This document shows positions 22,851-35,922 of a DNA stretch of 64,000 nt, piece by piece. Source of the stretch: Eutreptiella sp. 'Long Island Sound 2002'. Its lineage: Eukaryota; Protista; Euglenida. The notes beneath the pieces were generated by a model. It saw only the letters and a list, made by a program, of their open reading frames with translations, was not told the origin of the DNA and made no database searches. The translations under genes were made by a program, and so were the position numbers. Every line of letters begins with the position of its first letter. Within the stretch, counting starts at the first letter, position 1. Location: positions 55,056,001-55,120,000 of the forward strand of contig OZ038378.1 in assembly GCA_964036045.1 (NCBI GenBank). The letters run 5' to 3'.

Positions 22851-23599
22851 CAAATGTTTTCGCCAGATTTTTGAAACATTTGAGGCATGCCCCTCAATTG
22901 GGACATCATACACGGTACATTACACCGTTTTCCAAGGTACCGGCAGTGTAAAATGTTTCTATGGGCTGATGATAGTGTCATTTGCTGGTTTGAGGTATTT
23001 TCTAAGGCAATTTCTTGGGATTTGGGGCCTTTTTCCTTGGTCCTACTAGCTTGATCAACTAGTACTCTAGGGGGGAGTAAGAAAAAGTCACTTCCGCGTC
23101 TTTTGTTGGGGACTTGATCCAGGCCAAGCCCCCCCTATTCTTTGGGAAGTCTTGAAGACTAACACTTAATCATTTTCACCATTGTTGTGAAGCATAAAAG
23201 TACATTTTTCAAAGTAACTAGGGTAGTAACCCTCGCCCTCCATGAAGTTCACCCCTACCACTCAAGGGAGCGGAGGTATCTTCTAGATTCTGGGCACCCA
23301 CAATAATCAACACGGGGGGGCCACGAGAACAAGACTCGAAAAGTGCAATGTGCCATGTGCAAAAAGTAATAGTTGTGGAAAAGGACGTCGGGGGGTCGGA
23401 GGTTGCCCATCACCCCATGGGGGGGGGGGGGGTTCGGGAAGGGGTTCGGAGGGGGGTTCACTTGAAATGAAGGGGGGGGGGGCAGATGAGGACCCCCGGA
23501 ACCATGGCACAGAAGTGGTGCTGTAGAAAGTGGGGTGGGTGATCTCTGGGATATGAACCTTTGGTTGGATGGTGGGATGGAAAGGGGCCACGCCCAAAT

Positions 23600-24150
23600 C
23601 TTCCCATCACCAGGGGTTGGCAAGATGCCAGGTGAAGGGAAAAAAAGAATGGTAAGGTGGTGCCCCTGCAGCAAGATCCTGAAGGCAAAACCGGTCGCAA
23701 CGGGGGGGGGGGGGGGTATACACCAGGTTAGTGGTGGGGTACACGTGGACGTGGGCGTCCTTGGGCTTTCCCACCGGGTTAGTACGCATGGCACTCAACA
23801 ATTGGTCCATGGTGGCGGGTAGGGGGAGAAGGTGCAAAAAACGAAGGGAGGGAACCCAGGAACCCGCAAGCGGAGTTCCCTCCACAAATTTGTGGACCAA
23901 GCCTTTCCCCCAAGATAAGAGTTGCGCGAGGGGCTGCGCGGGTCAATGTGAATTACCTCGGGGGAGGGGTCGAGGGATGTTGCCCAGGCCACTACATCGT
24001 CCACTGCAAGGGCCCCTGACTGGTAGGTCGCCTCTTCCATTTGGTGATGGGCGACCGGTAGGGCTTGGTACTGCGTCAGGGTGTCGGCAGCAGCATCGGG
24101 GCGGGACTGCAGGGACGCAAGCTGAGAGAGAGTTTGCTGGGACATGGTCA
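23600..24150 (-). pseudogene. Gag/ORF1-like retroelement remnant
   Basis: MSQQTLSQLASLQSRPDAAADTL..WSTNLWRELRLRVPGF, continuing by frameshift into MDQLLSAMRTNPVGKP..RCDRFC; assignment tentative. Confidence 0.3.
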
Positions 24151-26879
24151 AAGAAAGTGTTAACGAAAGGCTTTGAGAGCCGTACGAGAGGGGAACAGTG
24201 GAAAGTGGGGCAAATTTGTACGAAATTCGTAGGAAATTCATAGCCTTGTGAATCTGTGAATCTTGCGTGAATCTAGGTGTGAATTTCGCTGCGTGAATTT
24301 AAGATTTGACTGAACACCACCGAATATATCAAACCTGGTGGCTAGTTAAAACCTCTATCTTGCACACATTTATTGTACCGCGTTTCTGGCGAAGATAGCA
24401 CGAGAAACGCACACAATGGCACCAAGTTACGCGCAAAACACAGCTAAAAGTTGTCAAATTTGCACTACCGTGAATCTCCCATTCAAACGGCCGCTTCACG
24501 CAGCGTACATGTGCGAAGGTATGAGAGCGGTGACATGTCTAGTGATCCAACATGTAGACCTGGGCCACTAGTGTCGAATGAACCGATGGTATCATTGCAA
24601 TTGCCAGTAGGATTGTGTGGTCGGAGGGGGGTACACAAACTATGGGCACTATAGTGCCAAAAAGCAATGCGCCTCATGCAAGGGACTATGTTGCACACTT
24701 GTATGTTGTTGGAAGTAGCGTCATCTAGGCGCACACATGGTTCACGAACATGGAGTAGCAACAGGCGGCAGATGTGCCTGGCAAGCTCTCAATGTGGTTC
24801 TTGCAATGGAGGTAGTTGTTGTGAGAGGACCAATTGTTGGACCAAGCAAGGTTGTATGGTGAAAGGCACCAGCGGTTTGGCAATGGGCCGTGAAGAGGGT
24901 CAACAATGTAGATCAAAGTAACAACGAAAACAACGAGCAAAAGAGCGTGAATAGACGGGACAACAAGTACAAAAAGATGGCATCGGGAAGTCCAAACAAC
25001 TAGGTGCAGGGGCTAACCATGCTAGCAGCAAATGTGCCGGAGGTAGAGCAGCCTGAGTCACCTGAGCAAGACTCGCGTAATGAGGCACTCATGATGCAAG
25101 ACGACAATGTGGTAGAATCGGTTAGCGCAGAAGAGACATGGTCACCAAGGAGCACACGCATGGAATGCGCATCACAAAGTTCTAGTGTGCAGCAAATGGA
25201 CGGTTTCATTGAGGATGACTACTGTCTGTTGGACGGTATGGAGTTGTTAAGTACCAATAGAGACTACTTGCGCGCATGCTTGCAGGTAGGGGGATGGGAA
25301 GCCAAAATGCATTTAAAACAGAACACAGCGAGGACACCACGGAGGGCACTGGATAGTGCAAGCCAATCAAGCTACTGGTCGTTGCAAAGTGATGAATAAA
25401 GCCTAACTAAATAATGTTGTGTGTGCATGTGTGAGTGGACACGTCCACGGAGGACCGGAGGATGTGCAGCTTGTATTCAGAGACCACTAGAAGAACAGCA
25501 TGAGTGGCTGCCCTACCCGTTAGTGTGTACCCCGATGCTGAGTGAGAACCTCAAGCAGGAGGTTACATCCTGTGACTTCGCTCGCACGCCCATGGCCCTG
25601 GAAAAAGGACTCGTGGCAGGGCCTCCCGGTTGTCTGTCAGCATATCTAAAGGGGGGGATAGCATACCTTGTAAATCAAACAGAGCACACACACAGAGAGA
25701 CACAGCCACACAGCCCGCACACTGACCTGTCCCTGATGTTGTTTGTTCGTTGCGGCGTTTCGGCGGTGCTCAATGTTCCTCTTGTTTTCCTCCCCCAATG
25801 GTTGGATAGAGCCAGCAGGGTAGATGTGAATGTTTGCTCATGTCTGCCCTACACAATCAGCGAGGAAAAGGAAGAACGACTCTAGATTAGCACCCTGCCC
25901 CCCCCCCCCCGCCCCGGCCCCTGGTGCTGCCCCCCCCCCCCCCCAGTTTTTTTAGGGATGCATGGGGATGGTCTGTGGGGGGCGGTAGGGCGCACACACT
26001 GTGTGTCTTGTTGCTTTGTGGTGAGGTTCACGGGGCCACGAGCCGTGGTCTGTTGGCGGCACTTGTACACATGGAGCCTCATGCCCAATAGGGTAGCCCC
26101 CTTGCAGGGCAGAACACCAAACTCTTGGTTTATAGTAGTGGTAGGAGAGTAGGAATGTTAGACCTAACAGCTTGAGCATGATTGGAATTGATATCCTGGC
26201 GCGCGCGCGCACACACACACACACACACACGCACACGGGCACACACTCATGCACATGCATGCACGCACACATTTGTGTGAGTGCCTGACACACACACACA
26301 CACACCGCACAATCCAAAGGAAGGAAACATAGGAGGTGCTACAAAAGGCGCTACCAAGGCCCAACCCTCCACGGGAAAGCCTAGATGAAAGGATACACAG
26401 ATCCAAGCAAGTATTATAGTGATAGAATAAGCACAAACTGTTGGTCTTTCAGGGGAGCGATGGCTCCATCGTCACGGACAAAGGCCTCCAGTGAGCCACT
26501 GACCTCTGCCACTAGTGGGGGGGCATTTATGCGGCCCACCCTAGCAACGTATAGGCAATGACGGGAATCTTTGTAGCCCCCCCCCCCCCCCCTTGGTTGT
26601 TGTGCAAGATGTGGCGCTAACCCAACATTGATATGTTGCTTCAAGCTTTGTGGGCAACTATTCCAAATCCAGCTTTGGGCAATTGTTAGCTCATAGGGGC
26701 TTTTTACAAAGCAATGCATTGCCCTGGCTCTACTGCAAGTGGTTCTCTCCGTGGCACAGGCAGGCAGGCTACCAAACGAGTGGTGTGCAACCGATGCATA
26801 CCAATGGATTATGAGCGCCCAACCACGCTGTTGAGCGCAAGGTTAAATGGTTAACGGGAGTATTGAAGCGAGTCTTTTG

Positions 26880-28360
26880 TGATACCAGGCCACCAGGCAT
26901 GGTTTTTGGAAAGTAGGCAAATGGAAGAACATTTGTTTTCCGTGCAACACCTATGGAACTCAGAGAGGGAGAAGCATTGATTTTGCATTTGACTCTAGGA
27001 GTCACTCGCTACCACAGTTGTGTCTAATACAGCTTGGTGTCCCGAACCAGTGGTGTTGAGCAATGATTCAATTTCATGGGGGCCCCTTGAGGTTTCTTCT
27101 AGCCCATCACTGTATCCAAGATCAAGGATGAAATAGCGAGGCACCCTCTCCCCAACTCTCTTGTCACTCCTCAAAATGCTACTCATGCATTAATTGGGTC
27201 TGCTGTGATTGCCACATGTACAATTCCGTCTCTTCACTGACAACACCCTGTTTTTGACTCCAGGGATGGTGACACAGGTGGCTTACACCCTCAAATCTGT
27301 CCTTGAACGGTTGCAAGAATACAAGGAGGTGTTGGGGTATAGGTTTAACATGCCCATGTGGGATTGTATTCCAAGGATCGAACCCACTCTTAGCAAGCAC
27401 CGAGTTGTTTGGCGTGCAGGTGAGGGAAAAGGTGAACTACTTGGGCACTGGCTAGGCCATGTTGCTATCATGGAGCAATACAGTGCCCCTCCATTTCCCA
27501 ATTGATGGTAAAAGCCCAATTCGTGGTGTCTATGCCCCTGAAAACGGAGGGGAAAATCAAGGCCCCGTACACATGGGGAATGCCGTGCACGTAGTGCGCA
27601 TGCACTGCAAAGTTTTGTGTGTCAGTAACTACCCGAGCCTAGTTTCGGCCCTTTGGCGGATATTTTGTTATTCCATAATAGTGCATACCGGATATGACAT
27701 ATTTGAATAATTCTCTATCCTCAACTGTGATGTGTGCCAAGCTGCCAAGTGGAGGAACACATCAACGTCGAGACAGCTAGCTGCAGCCTCTCCTACTGCC
27801 CGGCACGAAGTGGCACAGCGCATTGATTGGGTCTTGGGACGACCGCCCACCACAAGAGGACATGGCGCCATTATGACTTGCTGTCGATCGATATCCGAAA
27901 AGAGGAATGGTTATTCCTCGTAGGAAGGATATGACTGCGGAGACCTCATCTTCACAACATTGAGTACGTGGTCAATGTGTGTTGTGTTGGCTTTGTTGCT
28001 TTGCTGTGTGGGGTTTCACTGCAATGTGCACACAGTGCAAAAACTTGGCCATGGACATTGCCCATCCTAAGGCAGTGCTCTTTTTCACAAAGCAGGTGAC
28101 ACACAGATCTAGCATGGCAATGCGGATAGCTCTAGGCATCAGGAGTTGGGCGCTGCACTATGCACTGGCATTGCCAACACAGCAAGGGGGTTGGTTATGC
28201 ATTGGGCACAGCAAGGGATTTCCTGCTTTGGTGTTACACCTGCATCATACTGCTGAAAGTGGTACAATCAAGAGGGGATTTGGTGGATCTTACGGAGTTC
28301 AACCAATGGGTGTGCCGTAAAGCACCGAGAGTTGTCATGACCACCCCTGATGACTAAAGT
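26880..28360 (+). pseudogene. Decayed non-LTR (LINE) reverse transcriptase region
   Basis: DFAFDS-like, RGTLSPTLL (QG.PLSP-like), QFRLFTDNTL (xADD-like), YKEVLGYRFN and downstream LALPTQQGG motifs in the expected order. Confidence 0.55.
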
Positions 28361-29359
28361 TTTTCTTGGTTCAAGCATCAGCATCCCCGGCCAAATTTCA
28401 ATTTGGTCTTCCATGCATTTTCAGCATATGTAATGATATGCCCCGGGAAGCATTACGGGGAGTGGATCTGAGGTCAAGCCCCCTGTGGAGTTCAGCATGA
28501 AAATGCTGAATTCCACAATTCATGCTGACTTTGCTGATCAAAAACATTGACTCAGCAGCGGGCAGAGACCCATGCAAAGTTTTCCAACACTCCAACGGTG
28601 CTATGGATTCGTTTTCAGCACTCGTTTCTGCCTTGCTTCAGCTTGATCAAGATGTTGTCCTTGTATAACTGTATGGCATCTGGGATCATTTTTGCATTGA
28701 CATCTTGCGTTGTCCCAGAAAGCCTACATTTCGTGAAAAGGTTCCTGAACAGCATAGACGGTGTAAAATCCTGCAGAACTGCAAAACGTACCGACACAGT
28801 AGAAACACAGCAGATAAATCAGTATCCAAGAGGTCAGTGTGCACGTGAGGCTGCGGATCCCACTGCTCAAGGGATCCACCATTCTACTTCCTCTAACAGG
28901 TTGTAATACCCCACATGAGGCTAAAAAATAGAAATCAAGAAAATTGTTTCAGAGGTCACAGGAACAGTCACACAACAAGTAAGGCCGCAAAAAAGCCCGT
29001 GTGAAAATTACAGAAAATGCAACAGCGATTACGTGAATTGCTCTGTACATCTGTATATCGCTGTGCACATGGGGCAGTTGCGCCTCCCCATGGGGCAGGG
29101 GCAGGGGTCGGGGCATGTGGCTAGCATGCAGGGCTGGAGCCGGGGGCAAGGGCAAGGGCAGAGGATCTGTTGATTATGATCTTCTTTTTGTGTCAGTCCA
29201 ATGTTGGTTTACCGAATTCCTTTGACAAATGCTGCAGTCCAGTGGAAGAATCCGATTTGGTTTGGGCATGCTACCATCCTTTCACTTTGTTTGTCTGCAG
29301 GACTGGTGTTATGGTACCTGCCACCCTGTGAGAAACTCCGGCTTGGGGGTGGCTGCACA

Positions 29360-29548
29360 ATGTTCTTCACAAAATGCGCGTACCATGGGGAGAAGACCAA
29401 TGGCCGCATGGAGGGCAAGGGGAAGTTCACCTTCGCCAACGGCAACCACTATGTGGGTGACTTCATGGATGGCATGTTCCATGGTGAGGGCACTGTCTAC
29501 TTCACACCAGAGAATGGGGGTGGCAAATACAAGGCCCAGTGGCATGAG
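29360..29548 (+). CDS. MORN5: MORN5-like/Ig-repeat protein, coding exon 1 (MORN repeats)
   Basis: MFFTKCAYHGEKTNGRMEGKGKFTFANGNHYVGDFMDGMFHGEGTVYF..KYKAQWHE closely parallels MORN5; phase-0 GT donor at 29549. The symbol applies to the N-terminal domain only. Confidence 0.85.
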
Positions 29549-31504
29549 GTCCGTGCAAACCCTTTCCTCTGTGCCGGCTGCAATGTGATCCGCCCACCCC
29601 ATCCCCTCTGCTTGGCTGGCACTTGAAGGAAAGGGAGGCCACAGGGTAGTTTGACCGCTCGTTTCAGAGTTGCAGAGCACCTCCATGGGAACATATTTCA
29701 CCCTGCTATAATCATGAGAAAGGGAGGCACAAATTCTATGTAGAGATGGGAAGTGGTGCACAAGGGAAAGGCATGGACTTACAACCGCATATTTCTCCAT
29801 TTCCCTCTAACCCCCCCCCCCCTGCCCCCCAATGTTCCTGCATTTCCCCCCATTCTGCCTGGGGAACCCTTACCAGTGCAACCCCCCCCCCCCCATTGCG
29901 CTATTACCAACAAAAACATTGTTTTTTTGACATCTCAGCTTATAATTTGCCCATTTTTCCATGAAGCCTCCAGTTGCCCTTTATTGCACAGAGGACCAGA
30001 GGACCAGGGGGGCTATGGACTAGTTATGCCCCATACATACTTGTACTGGCAAAACGCACTGGCGTTTGTGTCCTATGTTACAGGTCACTCACTGTTGCTG
30101 GCCGTCGTCGCGCGCCCATTTGAGCGCTGGTGTGTGGCAGTTGGGTTTGTCCCGCAGGCTCAATATCTCTTTCTCTTGCAGTTGGGTAGAGTGCGATGGG
30201 CACACATGCCCTATTTGGCTTTAAAGGCTAAATCCTTTTCCAAGGCACGACAGGGGTTGCCAGTGATAATGCCGGAGGATTTTAGTGTAGACTCCATGCC
30301 AGCATGACATAATGCATTGTTCGTTGATGACCATGGTTACAGTTACTTCTCGCCCTCACTGGTTCGCCGGGGAATCTCACGGTTCTCACAGATTTTCCAG
30401 CATGGCTCTTTGTCCGATGGTATCATTCTGCCACCTTTCTTTCGCACTGTATATGAGCGTGCGCAGGGGCTTATTACTGATGGGCGCCAGAGGAAGAAAG
30501 TGCAGAGGCAGAAGTTCCTCTGGAGGTTTCAGATTTGTGGGTTGTCCCCAAGAGGGCAACCGGTGATGCCGACATCGGGGATGTGTATGGTGTTGCCTAG
30601 GATGAGGGCGAGGCCACTGATGAGGAGGACTTGGATAGGGAGGGCGAAGTTGCTAGTAGCTCTTCTTCTGACCTTCCTAACTTGCCAGCCCTGTCCTCTA
30701 CCTCCGCTCCCTCCGCTAACCATTCCGCACAGTTGGTTTTCAAGTATGATGTGGATGAGGCGTCGTTGAGGGCCATGGAGAGGGGTAAGTTGCATGAGTG
30801 GACGCATGGTTTGAGCGTGAGAGGGGCAAAGGGTGACCTTATGGGGCGGGTTACGGCGCATTTCAAGCAGGTGTACTAGGTGTAGGGATTGTCAGCCGCG
30901 CCATTGGCGATGGAACATTCGGGGGGTCGAACGCTGTGGCACTTCATTTGATGCGAAAAAAGTGTGATCTTCTTCATTTTGAATTGTGCAGGGTGTCATG
31001 TAGGGTTCGGATGCCTTCTTCAAACACATTTGGGGGCAGGAACAAATGCTTCAAAAATTGCACCCATGAGGGGATGGGAACCAATGGTTGAGCAACTGGG
31101 AACCCATGGTTAAAGACATACAAGGCTAGTAACAAATGGTGAAATGGAGTGCCCGCGGGCGTTTTTGGGAAACCTGTGTACAGGAACACCTTTTTTTTTG
31201 TGTTAAGGACCACCCTGCCTTCTGCATTGCACGGCCATCAACATCATCTGGCTCACAGCACCAGGGTGGTCGGGCTGCCTGAGGGTTGCCCTGCGGTGGT
31301 TGTGATGCGGACGGACTGCTCCCTGACAGGAGTGACCTAGTTGTGCATGGATACTTGTCCTGCCCCTGCCCCATCCGCATAACATGATCCTCACAGGGGG
31401 GTTCTGCGAATGCAGCCTGCCTGCCCTTCCCCTCTCCTGTGCCTCAGGGCGCCCGCTATTTCTTTGCAGGGCCACTGCTCCCTCACCCCACAAATCTCTC
31501 ACAG

Positions 31505-31764
31505 GGCGTTGCGCTGGAGGGCACGTACTACTTCTCGGACACGCTGGAGTTCGATCCCGACGACTGGCAGTACTTGACCGCAAAGGACCGCCAGTTCTGG
31601 CGCGAGCACAACGCATTCATCGTGCCCCCCATCGCAGCCCCCATGATCTCCTGCATCATTCCGGACTATTCGGGTGGGAAGGTGCTGGATGTTGTGGCAG
31701 ATCCGGAGTCCAATCCGGCCTGGACCATTGATGGGCCCAAGCCCGATGACCCCCATCACCTCCG
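31505..31764 (+). CDS. MORN5: Coding exon 2 (MORN5-like C-terminal part)
   Basis: AG acceptor 31503-31504; GVALEGTYYFSDTLEFDPDDWQYLTAKDRQFWRE parallels the MORN5 GTYTFSDG..W.YC..DRRFY segment; phase-2 donor at 31765. Confidence 0.85.
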
Positions 31765-32279
31765 GTTTGTGTGTGTGCATGGGCCCATGGCAGGTAGAGG
31801 TAGAATAGCTGAGTGGCATCCATGCACCAGGGCACAATTTTTATAACTTCTGGCTCATGGGGTCACTGAGACGGCTGAGGTTATTCCTTCTGCCCCATCT
31901 CAGAACCCCTGGGTCAAGGATCTTTTGCTGTGGCAGCTGGGCCACATGACCTCCACTACCTAAAGCTCGTGGCAGGTACGAAATAGGACACAAATCCATC
32001 ATGCCTGCATAATAGCAAAGACAGTTTAGACATTCAGTTCTTTAGCTTTGCTGCTTTTTGGACCAGCCCATTAGTAACTCCCTCTGACCACACTGGACAT
32101 TGTACCAGGAATTCCCGACCTGCAACGTGAGTATTATACCATTGGATGGGTCGCAGGCGCAGCCCCGCCCTCCTCTAGGGGAAAGTGGGTGATAAGCTCA
32201 AAGGCTTACTGGGGTTCTCAGATACGTATGGGTGGAGGACAGTACAATCACCTAGTGCGGCCTTGCAGAGCTGTGCATA

Positions 32280-33086
32280 CAGGGGGGGGGGGGATTTCGC
32301 GGCGGGATTATTTCGCCGTGGGATATTTCGCATTTCAAATTCGTGCGAAATTTCCCACGTAATTTTCAGGCCGCTGTGCGAAATAAACCGCTGCGAAATT
32401 TAGCAAAATGTCTTGTCCAACAGTTGCCTGAGCATAAGTCTGTTGTGCCCTTCCACAAGAGCTGAAACAGAGAAATGTTGCCGTCAGAATCTGTAATGGG
32501 GGATCTTGTGATCGTACGTTTCTCATCGCTGTACGCAAGGTACACTTGCGAACTTTGCCTGCAGCTTGCTTACATTCTTTGCAGGGATGGAGAATAATAG
32601 ACAGCAGTCTCGTCCATAGCCAACTGCCATTAATGGCGTGCTGAACTGAGTTTGCCTCAACTGTTTTTGTGCACCCCAGCCAGTTTTTTCTCAGCTGCAA
32701 TTGTCAATTGCAGCCATCTAAAACAGTTCTTCAACTGTTCATTGCAGCCTTTGTTCAATGGTCTGAGTGCAGAGTATTGTGCCTTGCAGGGATGGAATGG
32801 CAACAGCAATGCATCAGAAAACACCAGCAACCACCAGGAAATAACAACAACCACCATTGAAGTAACAACAACCAGCAACCAGCAACTCATCAGGAAGGAA
32901 CAGCAACCCTCTAGGACTCACCCGCAAAGCATCAGTGAGTAACAGCAACCACCACCAGCCAAAGGTTGGCTCACAGCATGTGGGTGCGAAATTTCCCACA
33001 GCAAATTCAGGTTTGCATTCGAAATAAACCCGCTGCGAAATATCCCATGGCGAAATAATCCCGCCGCGAAGTCCCCCCCCCCCCTG
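32280..33086. mobile_element. 807-bp Tc1/mariner-type MITE in intron 2
   Basis: TA|CAGGGGG..atttcgcggcgggattatttcgcc on the left and ggcgaaataatcccgccgcgaagtccccc..CTG|TA on the right: ~55-bp TIRs with TA duplication. Confidence 0.8.
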
Positions 33087-35838
33087 TACTTGCCATTGGC
33101 AACATGTCACCAGTAACTAGTACTATGCACAAATGGCGCCGTCTTCGTCGCTCCATCCCATCTCTATCCCAGCTTTGTCTCTTACAACCAACCCATGCTC
33201 TGGGTTGGCTGGGTTGATTGGGGCCCTACCATACCCATGGCCGTTCATGCAGGAAGGGTGGATTGATTTTGGTGGGCCCAACAGGTTCCTAGACCACCAT
33301 GGTGTAAGCAGGGCTATTCACTGAAAAGTGGTGCGTTAAAATCACGTTAAATCACGTTTTACTACGTTTTGAGCTGTTTTGCCAAGTCACGTTGAGCCAT
33401 GGTAAGTCGCGTATCATTGGGTTTTGTAGTTGCTTAATTTTTGTATCGGACGCGTTTGTCTGTGCTCCTTTTTGTTATGGCGGATGACCAAGAGACCGAA
33501 CACAGTGCAACAGGACCTCAGAAAAATAAAGCATGGAAGCGGGTAGCATTTTCAATGCTGTAAAATGTGCCCAGCAATTTCTTGACGAGTTCATTGCCAG
33601 GGCAAGGACATTATGCGGTGTATGCCATGCTAATGCTCTGTGTCCTGGCTTGAGAAGAGCCATGCAAACAACCATCTCGCGTCCGCTAGCCACAAATGTG
33701 CCAAGTTGAATGCGGGGAAGCTAAATCCCCGAAATATGAGAGACATGGATGCACGTTGGGACTGTACTCAGATTTTTTGCTCTGCCACTTTCAGACGATG
33801 ACAATGATGACTTACGGGACTCCAAAATGAAACACGACAGGCAACTACAAGAGGAATGGGGCAGGTACACCTGAATTGAGAAGGTTGATGTGCAGTGTTG
33901 TGTCCAGAAATCACTTTAAAAAGCACATTAAATCACATTAAATCACATCAAATCACATTATATCATGGTTCATCCGGGTCAGCCCCATCGCATGTTTATG
34001 AAAAACTGTGGTGTGAGTAGTTTCTGCCTGCATAGGTCTCACTGGATAAAAACACACCAACCAAACCAAACCAGACCCTCCCTTCCTCCCTCCCTCCTGT
34101 CATCCAGCAGCTGAAGTCAGACAAGCTGAAGTCTCACAGGCAGGAAGTGGTGGGAGAGAACTTGGAGGTGGTCACCCAAGCCTGAAGAAGCGAGATTCCA
34201 TGTTGTTCTGGTCGGACCAGCCAAAATGGCAGCCCCCAATTCAATGGCATCCTTCTCTTCCTCCTTCCCCTTCCCCTCCCTTTCTCCCTTCCCATGGGGG
34301 TGTTATGTCTAAGGCTGAACCCCCAGCCCAGGGCTTCTTTAGAATAATTAAATTCCAAGGGGAGGGGGGGGAGGGGGTGCACCCCCCCCCCCCCATTCCC
34401 ATTCCAATTCCACAAATGTTCATGTTGGTGGTTCATGATAGTGCATGACAGTGCATACTTAATGGGGGTCCCCTCCTTCATTGTGGGGGACCCAATCTAC
34501 TATCTACCCCCTTCTCCTTGCTCTCAACTCTTCCCACCCTCTGTAAAAACAAAGCATTGGGGGCCTAGGATTGCGTCACTTCCGGAAACTTTTGTTTTTC
34601 TTTCTTTATCTTTTTTTCAGGTCGGTTCAGGTCGCTTTGTGCAGGTCTGTTGCCAAGGTAGGCCAAGGGGTTCTTTGGCTGTTTGTGGCGGGCCGAGAGG
34701 ACGCCTTGGCACCACAGAGTCTAGGAGAGCAAAGTAGAGGGTTACCATGATACTGTTAATATCTACACTCATCGATGGCCAAACGCTTTTTTACTCCACC
34801 TGCTCCTCGGGCAATGGAAAGCAAGGAATTTGTTCTAGCTGTTCTGTTTTTCCGCTACCATGATTGTCAGAAGGGTGCCAATAAGAAGGATGTATGGAAT
34901 GTAACACAGAAGACAACCTCCCACCGCATGACCCACCCTCTGCCTCTTCGCAAGCAACTCATCAAGGAGGCAAGAAGCCAAGCATATTCAGAATTCCGGC
35001 TATTGGCCTTCGGCTTGAAGACCTTGTACTTGTAGCCCATGGTTGATGCTTGTTTTGCCTGCCACAAGCCACGCATTGGGTTCTCATCGCTCCAACAGGC
35101 CTACCGCTGCGCTCATCTGTGTAGTCTTGATGCCTGAACCCCCCGTTGCGCTATGTCAACCCTTCGTGCCAGCCTTGTTGCAATCTTTGGCCTCTTGAAC
35201 AAGGGGGTATCTATTTTTGAGTTTTGGAGGCTCGTCATTCAACAGCTTAATTTTTTCACCCCTTTGCATGTAATTTTGCAATGTACCCTTGCCCTGACAC
35301 CCACCAGCTGTGAAGCCATCCGACGGTTGCGTTTTTTTCACAGATGTTGCCAAGAGACGGACAGCGGGCAGGTACAGTATTGGGATTGTGAGGGAGGGGG
35401 GCCGTTGGCGTAGCTACAAGGCCCCAAGTCGTCGAGACGCTCCAACAAGCGGAGCTTTATGCTGCACTGTTTGCTCTCTCCTTGGGTTGCTACATGCGCT
35501 ATGTCGTGGTGGGCACTGGCAGTGATGTCAGTAGGTCACAAATTTTAAGCATGAAAGGAGGGATTTTTTCCTGTGCTCGCAGTAGCGTATGCTTCGTGAG
35601 TTGTTTTGGTTACGAAGTTGGAGTGACTGCCCCGTGGGCGTTTTTCGAGTCTGCACTGATGTGAACCCTACCGACGCTCCAAGTAAGCTGCGAACCTTTC
35701 ACACGCACGGTGATGTCACTGAGTGTGTTAAGCTCCGACAGGCAGCTTGGAAAGGGGAGCTGAACCCGTTTATGTGTCTCGATTTCCTCCCGAGGTTTGC
35801 TTGGCGAATGGCTTGATCTCTCGCATTCGCTCGTATAA

Positions 35839-35922
35839 GGGTTGGCAGCTTGGTCTGCATGTGGAATAGTGAGTTTTTCTGGGTTGGCAGCTTGATCTGC
35901 ATGTGGAATAGCGAGTTTTTTG
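35839..35922. repeat. 42-bp tandem duplication
   Basis: gggttggcagcttggtctgcatgtggaatagtgagtttttct repeated with few changes. Confidence 0.8.

Noticed and set aside
32791-32933. Possible exon (cag|GGATGG .. A|GTGAGT)
   Set aside because: It lies inside the MITE, is low-complexity, and its phases do not fit the flanking exons.
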